DNA of 64,000 bases from an uncultured Dehalococcoidia bacterium (GCA_950072105.1 CATMOE010000003.1:1-64000); one strand, 5' to 3'; shown: positions 30,178 through 40,503, counted from the first letter of the stretch. Numbers and translations are program-made. Notes: a model not told the origin generated them from the letters alone.

Positions 30178-32118
30178 GTGGATATCGATATTCCAGCGTT
30201 GGCTATGTTAACTGCCCTAGGGGACGGCGATTCAGGGTTATTGCGCGACTTCGCCATCATCATGGCCGTCGCGGGAGGTGCCCTAGTCCTGTGCCGGCAG
30301 ACTAGGCTGTCACCGATATTGGGCTATCTGGTCGCCGGGGTAGTGATCGGCCCCTCCGCTCTGCGAACGGTGGAAAATCCGGACACGATCGGACTGCTGG
30401 CCGACCTTGGATTGGTTCTTCTGCTATTTGGGATCGGCCTCGAATTTGGCTGGCAGCGCATTCGAAGCGTAGGTAGCCGGGTGGTCCTCATCGCTTTGAT
30501 CGAAATGTCCATCATGTTTGCCCTGGGATTTGAAGTCGCGACCTTGATGGGTTGGAGCGGCACCGAAGGCGTTTTCCTGGGGTCGGCCCTGGCTATAAGC
30601 AGTTCGGCCATCTTGATGACCACGCTTCGAGAGTCGGGCCAGTTGCTGCACCAGCGGGGAAGGTTGATCGTAGGAATCCTGGTGGTGGAGGACTTTGCCG
30701 CGGTCATGCTGCTTACCGTGCTGACGGGTGTGGCTACCACGGGTACAGCAAATCCGGGGGATATCGGGCTTTTGGCCGCCAAGTTAGCTATATTCGGAGC
30801 GGCCGCTTTGGTGTTCGGCGCTCTGTTCGCCCCGCGGTTGATCCACTTCGTCAACCGGTTCCGGTCCGACGAGACCTTGCTGATCACTGGTTTGGCCTTG
30901 TGTTTCGGCTTGGCCCTAGCGGCCGAACAATTAGGTCTCTCGGCAGCGGCGGGCGCTTTCCTGATCGGGGCCGTGCTGGGAGATTCCCATCATGCTGAGG
31001 AACTCGACCGGATAATGAGTCCGGTGCGGGATATGTTCGCCGCCCTGTTCTTTGTGACTATCGGGATGTTGATCGACCTTTCGGAGGCGGCCCACGTCAT
31101 TGTGCCGACCATCATCGTTGCTGCCGTTTTTATCTCGGGCAAATTGGTCTCCGACACCATCGGCACGTTGCTGGCCGGTCACGGGGGCCGAATCTCCCTG
31201 AGTGTCGGGTTGGGTATGCCTCAGGTAGGTGAATTCTCCTTAGCCATGATCAGAACGGGCGCGGTCTCCGGAACCATCGGCTCTTTCATGTACCCGGTTA
31301 TAACTGGGGCCACCGCTATCACGGCTTTGATCTATCCTTTCCTGTTTCGGTCGACAGACGTCATCGCCGATTTCATCGACCGCCACTCTCCCAGGTTGAT
31401 GAAGCAATATGGTGAAAGCCTGGTTCTGTCCCTGGCCGCCCTTCGTACCGCGTTCCATTTCCACAGCCGCAGGGCCAGGCGTATCCAGCGCAGCGGGAGG
31501 CTCATTCTTCTGGACCTGGGCATCATCATCGTAATCATCGCTATCGGGACCGCTATATTGAGATTCACCCCCCAGTTGTCCAGTTTGATCCATATCAGGG
31601 AAAGTCTGCTTGGACTGGCCATCGGGGGCTCGGTTCTGGCCCTCTGCGTTCCTCCCGCAGTGGGTATCTGGCGGTCTTTGCGCACGTTGACCGAGGGGAT
31701 AGCCGATTACGTGTTGCCAAGCCACATGAGAACCCCCGACACCTGGGGCGGAGGAAACCTTAGAGTGGTCTTGCGGGACACCATCTTGATCCTAGTGCTG
31801 ATCCTGCCGGCCATATGGAGTGTCCCCTTCATATCCCATTTGCTGTCCCTTGGCAGCCTTTCAACACCGCTGCCCATCGTGCTCCTGGTGGGATTGGGGG
31901 CCGGTTTGGCCGGGGCAACTTTCCAGATTCATCACGTGTTGGTCCGGATGTTTAGCCGCACATTTCTGGGGATGGACGACCCGTTCTCTTTGGAAGATAT
32001 GGAGCACCGGTATCTGGACGACGATGTTTACGTTTATACCGATGACGGGACCGAACCCGATGAATTACAGGACTCGGATGCTGATCCTGCAGCGGCTCAA
32101 GAAAGGTCCGGGGACTGA
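30178..32118 (+). CDS. Cation:proton antiporter (CPA2, KefC/YbaL-like) with extra C-terminal TM helices
   Basis: LGYLVAG, LLFGIGLE, SSSAI, GILVVED, GAFL.G, FFV.IG, QVGEFS. Confidence 0.88.
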   Translation: MDIDIPALAMLTALGDGDSGLLRDFAIIMAVAGGALVLCRQTRLSPILGYLVAGVVIGPSALRTVENPDTIGLLADLGLVLLLFGIGLEFGWQRIRSVGSRVVLIALIEMSIMFALGFEVATLMGWSGTEGVFLGSALAISSSAILMTTLRESGQLLHQRGRLIVGILVVEDFAAVMLLTVLTGVATTGTANPGDIGLLAAKLAIFGAAALVFGALFAPRLIHFVNRFRSDETLLITGLALCFGLALAAEQLGLSAAAGAFLIGAVLGDSHHAEELDRIMSPVRDMFAALFFVTIGMLIDLSEAAHVIVPTIIVAAVFISGKLVSDTIGTLLAGHGGRISLSVGLGMPQVGEFSLAMIRTGAVSGTIGSFMYPVITGATAITALIYPFLFRSTDVIADFIDRHSPRLMKQYGESLVLSLAALRTAFHFHSRRARRIQRSGRLILLDLGIIIVIIAIGTAILRFTPQLSSLIHIRESLLGLAIGGSVLALCVPPAVGIWRSLRTLTEGIADYVLPSHMRTPDTWGGGNLRVVLRDTILILVLILPAIWSVPFISHLLSLGSLSTPLPIVLLVGLGAGLAGATFQIHHVLVRMFSRTFLGMDDPFSLEDMEHRYLDDDVYVYTDDGTEPDELQDSDADPAAAQERSGD

Positions 32119-32240
32119 GGGGGGCGCCAGACCTGGACACAGTCAATCAGATCATCGGCGATTCACAGATGTTACAATGGGTGTTAACTGGCGCAACGTA
32201 GTTTTTTGAACATCTACTGCACAACTTGGAGATTTAACCG

Positions 32241-33173
32241 ATGCGAATATGTTCCTTTTTGCCTAGCGCTACGGAAATCTTGTACCAACTGGGTCTGCAA
32301 GACCAGCTTTACGGCGTGACCCACGAATGCGACTTCCCGGCGGAAGCCAAGGAAAAACCCAACGTGGTTCACAGCGTGTTCGATGGCATGGAACCCACCA
32401 GCGGGGAGATCAGCCGAGTAATCTCTGAGCGATTAGAACAAGGTCTTGGTATCTACGACATAGACCTGGAAGTGTTGTCTGCCGCTCAACCGGACCTGTT
32501 GTTGACTCAAGCCATCTGCGAAGTTTGAGCCGTCTCGTCTCGGCAGGTGGCCGAGGTAACCGCGGGATTGGCCAAGCAACCGGAAGTTATCTCCCTGGAT
32601 CCTCAATACTTGGGGGACATATTAGAAGACATCCGGCGTGTCGGCCGGGCCACCGGCACCGAAGAAATGGCGGAGACTATCACATCCCGGCTGCAGGAAC
32701 GCATCGACGCGGTGGCGGAACGGGCCTCTCAAGCCAGCAGCAAGCCGAGGGTTTTGCACTTAGAGTGGGTTGATCCGCTGATGTGCGGTGGCCACTGGGT
32801 GCCCGAGATGGTGGAGTTGGCCGGTGGAGTCAACTGTTTCGGCGATAAGGACACCGGTTCCTTCCGCATGGAATGGTCTGACGTGGTAGCCAGCCGCCCC
32901 GATGTCATAGTGTTCATGCCCTGCGGGTTTGAGGTGAAACGAGGATTAGAAGACGTGCCGATAGTGGCGGCGTTGGAAGGATGGGACTCATTGCCGGCGG
33001 TGGAGAACAACCGGGTTTACGTAGTCGACGCCAGCGCTTACACCAGTCGGTCGGGTCCCCGGTTGATAACCGGCTTGGAAATCATGGCGGAGATGATGCA
33101 CCCGGAGTTGTTTTCGGGGTTGATTCCAGAAGCGGGGGCGACCCGTTTGTACGGGAGCTTGGCTTCGGTTTAG
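32241..33173 (+). CDS. BtuF/cobalamin-siderophore-binding family protein, candidate selenoprotein (UGA at 32526-32528)
   Basis: MRICSFLPSATE, GVTHECD, Q..CEV-UGA-AV, LEW.DP, GHWVPE, SRSGPRL; the two ORF-track halves are in frame; hairpin at 32539-32555. Confidence 0.8.
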
Positions 33174-33201
33174 GCAACCGGCAACCCAACTTATGGAATC
33201 T

Positions 33202-33870
33202 TTAGTTGAGCCGCGCCCCTCGGAAAGGGTTTCGTTTGGCGACTTCGGCGGTCAACATCTCGTTCCCCCGGTTCAGCAGGGGCAACAACTTTTCTAACCG
33301 CTTGCCGGCATCAGGCAGTTCCAGCAGTTCCTGCTTTACGTCTCTCGGCAGCTCAGTTCCGGAAGCCAAGCTGGAGGCGATGGCAAAGGCCAATGTGACC
33401 GGATCACCGGGCACTTCGGCCTGGGCGGTCCATCCGCCAGTGAGGGCGGTCAGATTTCGCAGATAGCCGCCGTAGGCCTCTTTGACTTCTCCGAAAACCG
33501 AAGCCGCCAGTTCTCCGGGTTCTTCGGTGAAATACCTGACTTGACCCACCATGTAAGGCACCTGCTGGGTAATCTCCACAACTTCGAACCGCTTTTCTCC
33601 CCTGGTCATTATGTTCAATCGGCCCTCTTCCAGCCGCTCTACTTGGACGATACGGGCGGTGGTGCCGACCTTGACCGGCTCGGCCGGCTCTCCAACTTCC
33701 TGTCCTTCCTGAATGAGGATGACACCGAAAGGCTCCTCCCGGTCCACGCACTCTCCAATCATGGTTTTATAGCGCTCTTCGAAGATATGCAGCGGCATGG
33801 GCATTCCGGGAAACAGGACCACATTAAGGGGAAACAGGGACAGTTGAAGTAGATCTTCGGGCTGGTTCAT
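33202..33870 (-). CDS. LON peptidase substrate-binding domain protein
   Basis: LFPL..VLFPG...LHIFEERY. Confidence 0.88.
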   Translation of the reverse strand: MNQPEDLLQLSLFPLNVVLFPGMPMPLHIFEERYKTMIGECVDREEPFGVILIQEGQEVGEPAEPVKVGTTARIVQVERLEEGRLNIMTRGEKRFEVVEITQQVPYMVGQVRYFTEEPGELAASVFGEVKEAYGGYLRNLTALTGGWTAQAEVPGDPVTLAFAIASSLASGTELPRDVKQELLELPDAGKRLEKLLPLLNRGNEMLTAEVAKRNPFRGARLN

Positions 33871-34087
33871 AACATCGTTGAGTATATTCTCCCGGTCTTG
33901 GCAAGACAAGTTTGAGGGAGAAAGAAGGATCACGAGAGAGCGACAATGCTTAGGGCAGGGTAATTTCCATCTCCCGCCGCGATAGGCCTATATTTAACAC
34001 TTTCAGGGGAAGTTGCTATTATATTCAAAGGCGTCATGTCATCCATGATCTACGGGACGCCGACACTATTCCAACCGGCGGATAAAT

Positions 34088-35026
34088 ATGGCAATTATTG
34101 ATAACCTGCTGGTTCAGATCTGGATAGACAGCCTGGTGGCGATGGTTATCCTGGGGGTAATCATATCCGTGTGGGCGGCGTGGCGGACCATCTCCAGGCA
34201 GCGCAGCCAGCTTCTGGCGGTGAACACGGAGCTCGACCTACGAATCACCGACCTGTCGACGGAGATCAATCTGCGCCAACAGGCTCAAAGGGAATTGGCC
34301 GAGCAGGCCGCAGCTCTGGCCAGAGCCGACGAGATGCAACGCTCACGGCAGCGTATCGTCAGCGCCCAGGAGTCGTTGCGGAAAGAGATTGCCCAACAAC
34401 TACATGGTTCGGTGCAGAACCGTCTCATTTTCCTTGTGTTGCGGTTGAAACAATTGGAGGCAACCGCCGAACCTAAAGGCGTAGCCTTGGAACTGACCGA
34501 TCTACGTGAGAAGTTTGAAGAACTGCTGGAGCAAGAGATCCGGTCCATTGTGCACCAACTGTATCCCTATATCCTGCGCCGGGGATTCGTGCCGGCCCTG
34601 CAATCCATGGGGGACCAGATTGAATCCGTCATATCAATAGAGATGGACCTGGACCAGGAACTGGTGCGCAAAGAAAGGGCCGATCGGAGTTTGATCCCAG
34701 AACAAGCCAAGCTGGCGGCCTATCGAATCGCTGAAGAAGCTTTGACCAACGTGGTGAAACACGCCAACGCAAGCAAGGTCTCGGTGCGGTTGGAGACGCC
34801 TTTCGGAGGGTGGTTCAGGCTGACGGTTCAAGACGATGGGCAAGGGTTCGCTGTGGAAGAATCCTTGGAGGGCATGGGCATCGTGGGAATGCGCGACTAC
34901 GCCGAGGCCATCGGCGGGGAGTGCGTCATTCTGGGGGCTCCTGGCAAAGGGACGCAGGTTACCGCTACTCTTCCCCTTGTAATACTTGAGAAAGAATTTC
35001 CAGAGACAGCTTTGCTTTCGGAATAA
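34088..35026 (+). CDS. Sensor histidine kinase (NarX/HisKA_3 type)
   Basis: IAQQLHG H-box, EALTNVVKHA, DDGQGF, GMG, GT. Confidence 0.9.
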   Translation: MAIIDNLLVQIWIDSLVAMVILGVIISVWAAWRTISRQRSQLLAVNTELDLRITDLSTEINLRQQAQRELAEQAAALARADEMQRSRQRIVSAQESLRKEIAQQLHGSVQNRLIFLVLRLKQLEATAEPKGVALELTDLREKFEELLEQEIRSIVHQLYPYILRRGFVPALQSMGDQIESVISIEMDLDQELVRKERADRSLIPEQAKLAAYRIAEEALTNVVKHANASKVSVRLETPFGGWFRLTVQDDGQGFAVEESLEGMGIVGMRDYAEAIGGECVILGAPGKGTQVTATLPLVILEKEFPETALLSE

Positions 35027-35348
35027 ACGCGGCGGCGCCTTCTTCTCTGGCCAGGCGCTCGTAGCCCTTTCCAGTATGTGCGCTGACGATGATGACTTGG
35101 ACTGCGGGCACCTGTTCCCGCAGAATCCTCACTACCTCTAGGCCGTCTCCATCTGGCATGTCCACGTCGGTGATTACCAGGTCCGGATTCAGGCTTCCCA
35201 CCAGCTTGACGGCTTCCGACCCGGTCTGAGCCTCCCCGACCACTGTGAACTGGCTGCTTTCCTCTAACAAAGAACGCAGCCAGTTGCGGAACTCACCGGC
35301 ATCGTCGGCGAGAACAACTCGGTAAACGCCGATTCGGTCTGTGGCCAG
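34965..35348 (-). CDS. Stand-alone response regulator receiver domain (probable CTG start)
   Basis: VVLADD...DVDMP...K; the N-terminal acidic pair is only included if translation starts at CTG 35348 after GGAGGAGG. Confidence 0.8.
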   Translation of the reverse strand: MATDRIGVYRVVLADDAGEFRNWLRSLLEESSQFTVVGEAQTGSEAVKLVGSLNPDLVITDVDMPDGDGLEVVRILREQVPAVQVIIVSAHTGKGYERLAREEGAAAFIPKAKLSLEILSQVLQGEE

Positions 35349-35440
35349 AGTTCCTCCTCCTTTCCATGCGGTGTCCGGCAGTTAAACTGCCAGCAAACGA
35401 TCAAGTTGGCCAAACGGTTTCCCCTGATTAAAGGGCGACG

Positions 35441-36088
35441 TTAGGAATCTTCCAAGTAGACCAGGGTAGCCTTTACCCGGGAATGAACGCCCTCTTCGCC
35501 AGGAATCTGCAAAACTTGATAGATGGCATTGATATAGGTTTCAACCGATTTTTCAGTCAGTGTCAGCCGTTGGGCTATAGATGTGTTGTTGAATCCTTGG
35601 GCGATCAACTCCAACACTTGCCGATGCCTGGGAGTCAGCTTGGCCGCTGAGGATCCCCGCTTGGGTTGCAGGCTCTCCACAACCTCAGGGTCCAACACCA
35701 CCATGCCGTCCACACTGCCCTGAATCGCCCGTAGCACCGAAGCCATGTCTGGGACATTCTGTTTCAACAGATACGCCCAACCGTGGGTCTCGCTCAAAGG
35801 GAGGCTGGAAACGTACCGGCGGTCCTTGTGGACGGAGAGGATGACGATTCCAGTGTCCAGCCGCCTCTCCTTGATCTTTAGTGCGGCATCTATGCCGTCC
35901 ATCTCGCCCGGAAGCTCGATGTCCATTATCACCGCGTCAGGATTCTTCTCGGCGGCCATCGCTACGGCGGATTCGCCATCGGTAGCCACCCCAACGACGT
36001 CAAGCCCCGGCTCCGCGTCAAGGGTATGGCGCAGCATCTCACGGAAAAGAGGTTCGTCCTCGACTATGAGTATCTTTAGCGGATCCAA
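35441..36088 (-). CDS. NarL/LuxR-family response regulator
   Basis: IVEDE, MDIELP, LTPR..QVL.LIAQG..N..IA..L HTH. Confidence 0.92.
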   Translation of the reverse strand: MDPLKILIVEDEPLFREMLRHTLDAEPGLDVVGVATDGESAVAMAAEKNPDAVIMDIELPGEMDGIDAALKIKERRLDTGIVILSVHKDRRYVSSLPLSETHGWAYLLKQNVPDMASVLRAIQGSVDGMVVLDPEVVESLQPKRGSSAAKLTPRHRQVLELIAQGFNNTSIAQRLTLTEKSVETYINAIYQVLQIPGEEGVHSRVKATLVYLEDS

Positions 36089-36362
36089 ACCATACTCCGC
36101 ATAAATCTCCGGTCAAGTCTCATTGGATTTGGGAGCTAAATTCCCACATCGCGCTCATTATGACAACGGCCCATAGTCGTGTCTACCACATGGAGTTACC
36201 CCTATCCATCATCGTGCTAGCCCGTGGCGGGTAACGGGAAAACAGTATGTCAAAAACCGGGAGAAGCACGATGCCCCGCGGGAAGTTGCGGCGGTACCAT
36301 TTCTTCAGTTGGCCTCGCAAGGCAATAAATCTGGCAGCAACCGAAGAAAAGGGAGAATTGAA

Positions 36363-36968
36363 ATGGAACGGAAAAGATTCGCATCACCAGGGGATTTAAG
36401 GGCAGACCAAAGAGGAATCACCGGCCTGGAAACGGCCATCGTGCTCATCGCGTTTGTCGTCGTGGCGTCGGTGTTCGCCTTCGCCGTCCTCAGCACCGGA
36501 CTGCTCAGCTCTGAAAAGAGCAAAGAGACGGTATTGGGAGGCCTAGAGGAAACTTCGTCGACACTGAGCATTCGGGGCGACATCGTAGGTGACGCCAATG
36601 CGGGCAAGACGGCCGTCGATACCGTCAAGTTCACCCTGACCAGCGCCGCCCAAGCCGCGGATGCGGTGGATCTTTCCAGCACCGGAGTGGTGATCACATA
36701 TTTAGACTCGGACCAAGCTCTGAACTGCACTAATGGCTCGGGATCAGGTTCATCCTATTGTTTCTGGACCACGAGCTGGATCATCGGCTCCGGGGACTTG
36801 GTTGACCCGGGGGAGCAAGTGGATGTGACTGTCGACCTGTCTAACATGACACCGGTCCTAGGCCTGAAGAAGGAATTCACCATACAGGTAAAGCCCAATA
36901 AAGGAGCGGTGGTCATCGTGAATCGGACCACGCCACCGGAATTCAAAGCGATCCAAGCTCTTAACTGA
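36363..36968 (+). CDS. Archaellin (archaeal flagellin FlaB/ArlB-like) 1
   Basis: DQRG-ITGLETAIVLIAFVVVASVFAFAVL class III signal; LVDPGE and F.IQVKP..GA....R.TP C-terminal motifs. Confidence 0.88.
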   Translation: MERKRFASPGDLRADQRGITGLETAIVLIAFVVVASVFAFAVLSTGLLSSEKSKETVLGGLEETSSTLSIRGDIVGDANAGKTAVDTVKFTLTSAAQAADAVDLSSTGVVITYLDSDQALNCTNGSGSGSSYCFWTTSWIIGSGDLVDPGEQVDVTVDLSNMTPVLGLKKEFTIQVKPNKGAVVIVNRTTPPEFKAIQALN

Positions 36969-37041
36969 GCAGGACGGCCCGGGGAAAATGCCAGTTCATG
37001 TCGCCGTAATTTGATCGATCAGGGAGTTTGAATCAGAAACC

Positions 37042-37668
37042 ATGAAGAATCTATTAGATCAACGATTGATAAAATCAGCAAGGCTACACAGTGACCAGCG
37101 AGGGATCACCGGCCTAGAGACAGCCATCGTTCTCATCGCCTTCGTTGTAGTCGCCTCGGTGTTCGCCTTCGCCGTCCTCAGCACCGGGCTTCTCAGCTCG
37201 GAAAAGAGCAAAGAAACTGTATTAGGAGGCTTGGAGGAGACTTCGTCGACCATTAGCGTAAGAGGCTCGGTTATCGGGGACTCCAACACGGCTAAGACTT
37301 TCATCGATACCGTCAAGTTTACTCTGAGCAGTGCCGCCCAGGCATCCGACACGGTGGACCTGTCCACCACCGGTGTGGTGGTTACCTACCTGGACCAAGA
37401 CCAAGCTATCAACTGCGAGAACCCCCAGAGTTTTGACGGCGATGCCGACACCGCCGAATGTTCATGGTCCACCAGTTGGGTTATCGGCTCCGGAGACCTG
37501 GTGGACCCGGGCGAACAAGTGGACATGACGGTTACTCTGACCAACCTGTCCCCGTTACTGCCTAAGAGCAGGGAATTCACGATTCAAGTTAAGCCGAACA
37601 AGGGTGCAGTGGTCATCGTTAATCGGACCACACCGCCAGAGTTGAAAGCCATCATGGAGCTTAATTAG
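37042..37668 (+). CDS. Archaellin (archaeal flagellin FlaB/ArlB-like) 2
   Basis: Same N-terminal helix and C-terminal motifs as the upstream paralogue. Confidence 0.88.
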   Translation: MKNLLDQRLIKSARLHSDQRGITGLETAIVLIAFVVVASVFAFAVLSTGLLSSEKSKETVLGGLEETSSTISVRGSVIGDSNTAKTFIDTVKFTLSSAAQASDTVDLSTTGVVVTYLDQDQAINCENPQSFDGDADTAECSWSTSWVIGSGDLVDPGEQVDMTVTLTNLSPLLPKSREFTIQVKPNKGAVVIVNRTTPPELKAIMELN

Positions 37669-37842
37669 GCTTACGCGCCGATCGGAGCCAACCGTGTCAT
37701 TGGAAGAGATTAATCTTCCCCCGTCCGTCCCCCGGATCCTTCTAGGACCGCCCTCTTCTGGAGGGACCGGGGACGGATGAGCAGGCGGCGCCAAGAGATC
37801 GAAACGTCATTGCCAAGAAGACCGCCGGTGAGAAAGCCCTCC

Positions 37843-38151
37843 TCACCGGCGGTCTTTTGCGCGTCTTACCCGAAAGCTGGTGGGGCCTTTTTGCCGCCTT
37901 GCCCAACGCAAGTATTCGGACATCTGAGGGTTGGCGCGGATCAGGTCTATGGAGTGTAGCTCCTTGGCCAACGTGGTTTCGGAGAAGAGGGCGTGTAGTT
38001 GCCGGTGACAGGTGGGACAAAGCTTGGCCTTGGGTCCAAACCGGCCACCCTTGGCGCGGGGGACCAAGTGGTGCACCGTGTACCGCTCTGCGTCTCTCGC
38101 GCATAGCTCGCAAGCGGCAGACTGGCCGTTGTTGCCGGTCTTCCCATCCAT
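37843..38151 (-). CDS. Small HNH endonuclease-like protein
   Basis: CELC...HHLVP...GG.....LCPTCH...H; start codon uncertain. Confidence 0.75.
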   Translation of the reverse strand: MDGKTGNNGQSAACELCARDAERYTVHHLVPRAKGGRFGPKAKLCPTCHRQLHALFSETTLAKELHSIDLIRANPQMSEYLRWARRQKGPTSFRVRRAKDRR

Positions 38152-38183
38152 GGATCGATCGGGATCGCGCATGATGGAACCGG

Positions 38184-38666
38184 CTACTCTTGCCCCGGCT
38201 GTTGTAGCAACCGCCAACTGGGCAAATCCACTCTCCATTCGTTTTCTTCAAGCAGCATGGGCACTATCAAACCGGACATCATGCGGCCACTGGAAACCTG
38301 GCTTTCATCGCCGGTCATCCCGAAGGGAAGAAAGGCGAAGGCATGGTCGTCATCCAGGTAGGTTGTGGGAGCCACGCCCAACTCGGTTAGGTCTTCCAGT
38401 GGCCACAGTCTCAGGATGGTGGTCCGGAAATCTTCCATCATCGAGGGGCGGCGGGGATGCGAGGAATCGTAGGCGGCCCGGTAGGCCTCTTGCATATCGA
38501 TGTCGTTTCGGGTGGCCCAGACCCCCATGCGCATGCCGCGGGTTTCCTTGGATAGCAGGGACCAGGCTAGGTCCATCAGATTGTCCCGAATAGCTTCGGC
38601 GAATACTCCGGCCCGGTTGCCGCATTCGTCAGGCTGTTGGCTTCTCTTCTCGCCGGGAATTTTCAT
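38184..38666 (-). CDS. Hypothetical protein
   Basis: 160-aa ORF with RBS, co-oriented with its neighbours. Confidence 0.6.
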   Translation of the reverse strand: MKIPGEKRSQQPDECGNRAGVFAEAIRDNLMDLAWSLLSKETRGMRMGVWATRNDIDMQEAYRAAYDSSHPRRPSMMEDFRTTILRLWPLEDLTELGVAPTTYLDDDHAFAFLPFGMTGDESQVSSGRMMSGLIVPMLLEENEWRVDLPSWRLLQQPGQE

Positions 38667-38769
38667 GCGCCTTCCATCGTGTCGCAGCTCCCTTGAGGTT
38701 CGGTTGGGTTGCGGTTAATCGCCGGAATCACCGTCAAATTATCGGATGCCGATTGATGGCGTCCGGTGC

Positions 38770-40503
38770 TTACCATCCGACGGCATATCCGTCCCGCCGG
38801 GGGTCGGCGGCTCCGTGCAATGCTCCGTTGTCTTGGTCCACCTCGATCATAACCTCGCTGCCCGCGGCCAGCCAGGGACCCAAGACATTTAACGTGTGGC
38901 CGCGATTCTCCAATTCGGTTCTAAGCTCGGGAGAAAACCGGCTTTCCATGAGCAATTCGTTCTCGCAAGTATGAGGGAAATTGGACTCCGTGGGGCTTTG
39001 GGTGTTCCGCCAGCGGGGGGCTTCCACGGCTTCGGCGACGGTCATCCCGAAATCCAATAAGTGGGTGATTACCTGTAGGTTGGTCTGCACCTGCGTGTCG
39101 GCCCCCGGGGTGCCGCAAACCAGCTTTAACTGCCCCAATGAGGTTTGGGACGCGGCGCCCGGACCGGAAGATTCGGGTGGGGCGAACACCATAACCGGAT
39201 TCATGGTGTGCCGGACCCGCTTGCCCGGTTGCAGGCAGTCAACGTGGTCTTCTTCCAGGTGCCAGTAGGTCATGCGGTTGTTGAGCAATATCCCTGTGTC
39301 TCCGGCGATAATGCTGGACCCCCAGGCGCTCTGGATGCTTTGTAGTTGGGATACGGCGTTGCCCCACCGGTCCACCACCGCAAAGCAAGTGGTGTCTTCC
39401 TCTCCATCGCCCCCGGTGACCACCGGAACTGCTGTCTGACGAGGTTTCGCCGTTTGGAATTCCCAAGGGTTTCCCGCGGAAATCTCCTGGGCCGCCCGGC
39501 TGGGGTCGATTAATTTGGCTCGTTCTTTGGCGTACTCTTTGGAAAGTAGGCCCTCGATAGGAATGTCGGTATAGTCAGGGTCGGCCATGTAGGCCTCCCG
39601 GTCGGCGAAAGACAGTTTCTTGGCTTCGACCATAAGATGGATCGATGCGGCCGTGTTGCAGCCCAGGGCCTGCAGGTCGAACTGTTCGACCAGGTTCAAC
39701 TCTTGGAGAAGTATGTGGCCGCTGGAGTTGGGCGGCGCTTCGTAAATTACGTGACCCCGGTAGGTGGTGGAGATCGCTTCCTGCCAGCGGCTGTGGCAAT
39801 CGGCCATATCTTTCATGGTCAAAATTCCGCCCTGATCCTGGCTGAATGCTACGATAGCCCGTGCGATGGCTCCTTCATAGAAGGCCTCCCTACCGCCGTC
39901 GGCCACGGCTTGGAAAGTTCTGGCGAGGTTTTGCTGGTAAAGTATCTCCCCTGGACGTAGGGGCCGTCCGTCTATGGTGAACACAGCTTGGGAGGTGGGG
40001 AACTGGCGCAACAAAGAGTCGGCGGCGATGGCGTTGGATAACACGCGGCTGGTGGGAAAGCCGTTGGCCGCCAGATCTATCGCGGGGGCCAAGACTTGGC
40101 CCAATGAGAGGACGCCGTATTTCTCGTGAGACGCCAGCCAGCTATCCAGTAAACCGGGCACGGATACGGAAAGGATGCCCTTCGTCGGGATTCCCTCAGG
40201 CAAGTAACGCTCACGGGTTGCCGCGTAGGGGGCCGCTCCGGTTCCGTTGCAGATCTCGATGCGGTCCGACTCTTTCCAGTGGACCATGATGAACCCATCG
40301 CCGCCGATGCCCGACATCAGCGGTTCCACCACGTTCAGCGCCGCGGCGGTGGCGATGGCGGCGTCCACGGCGTTGCCTCCTTGTTGCAATATGGAGATTC
40401 CTGCCTGCGAGGCCAGTGGATGGCCCGAAGAAACCATACCGTTGCGCCCCATGACCACCGGCCTATGGGACTCAAAATTCACACTGTGTGGTGACTGGGC
40501 CAT
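38770..40503 (-). CDS. ggt: Gamma-glutamyltransferase family protein
   Basis: GGNAVDAA, SGIGGD, DTT nucleophile, LLNNR, PGKR..HT, GAADPR. Confidence 0.92.
   Translation of the reverse strand: MAQSPHSVNFESHRPVVMGRNGMVSSGHPLASQAGISILQQGGNAVDAAIATAAALNVVEPLMSGIGGDGFIMVHWKESDRIEICNGTGAAPYAATRERYLPEGIPTKGILSVSVPGLLDSWLASHEKYGVLSLGQVLAPAIDLAANGFPTSRVLSNAIAADSLLRQFPTSQAVFTIDGRPLRPGEILYQQNLARTFQAVADGGREAFYEGAIARAIVAFSQDQGGILTMKDMADCHSRWQEAISTTYRGHVIYEAPPNSSGHILLQELNLVEQFDLQALGCNTAASIHLMVEAKKLSFADREAYMADPDYTDIPIEGLLSKEYAKERAKLIDPSRAAQEISAGNPWEFQTAKPRQTAVPVVTGGDGEEDTTCFAVVDRWGNAVSQLQSIQSAWGSSIIAGDTGILLNNRMTYWHLEEDHVDCLQPGKRVRHTMNPVMVFAPPESSGPGAASQTSLGQLKLVCGTPGADTQVQTNLQVITHLLDFGMTVAEAVEAPRWRNTQSPTESNFPHTCENELLMESRFSPELRTELENRGHTLNVLGPWLAAGSEVMIEVDQDNGALHGAADPRRDGYAVGW

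Noticed and set aside
36100..36362. c-di-GMP riboswitch upstream of the archaellins
   Set aside because: The GEMM-type consensus elements were not found.
37843..38151. HNH protein as a terminase-associated phage nuclease
   Set aside because: It is not adjacent to either phage module, is co-oriented with host genes, and resembles small stand-alone bacterial HNH proteins.
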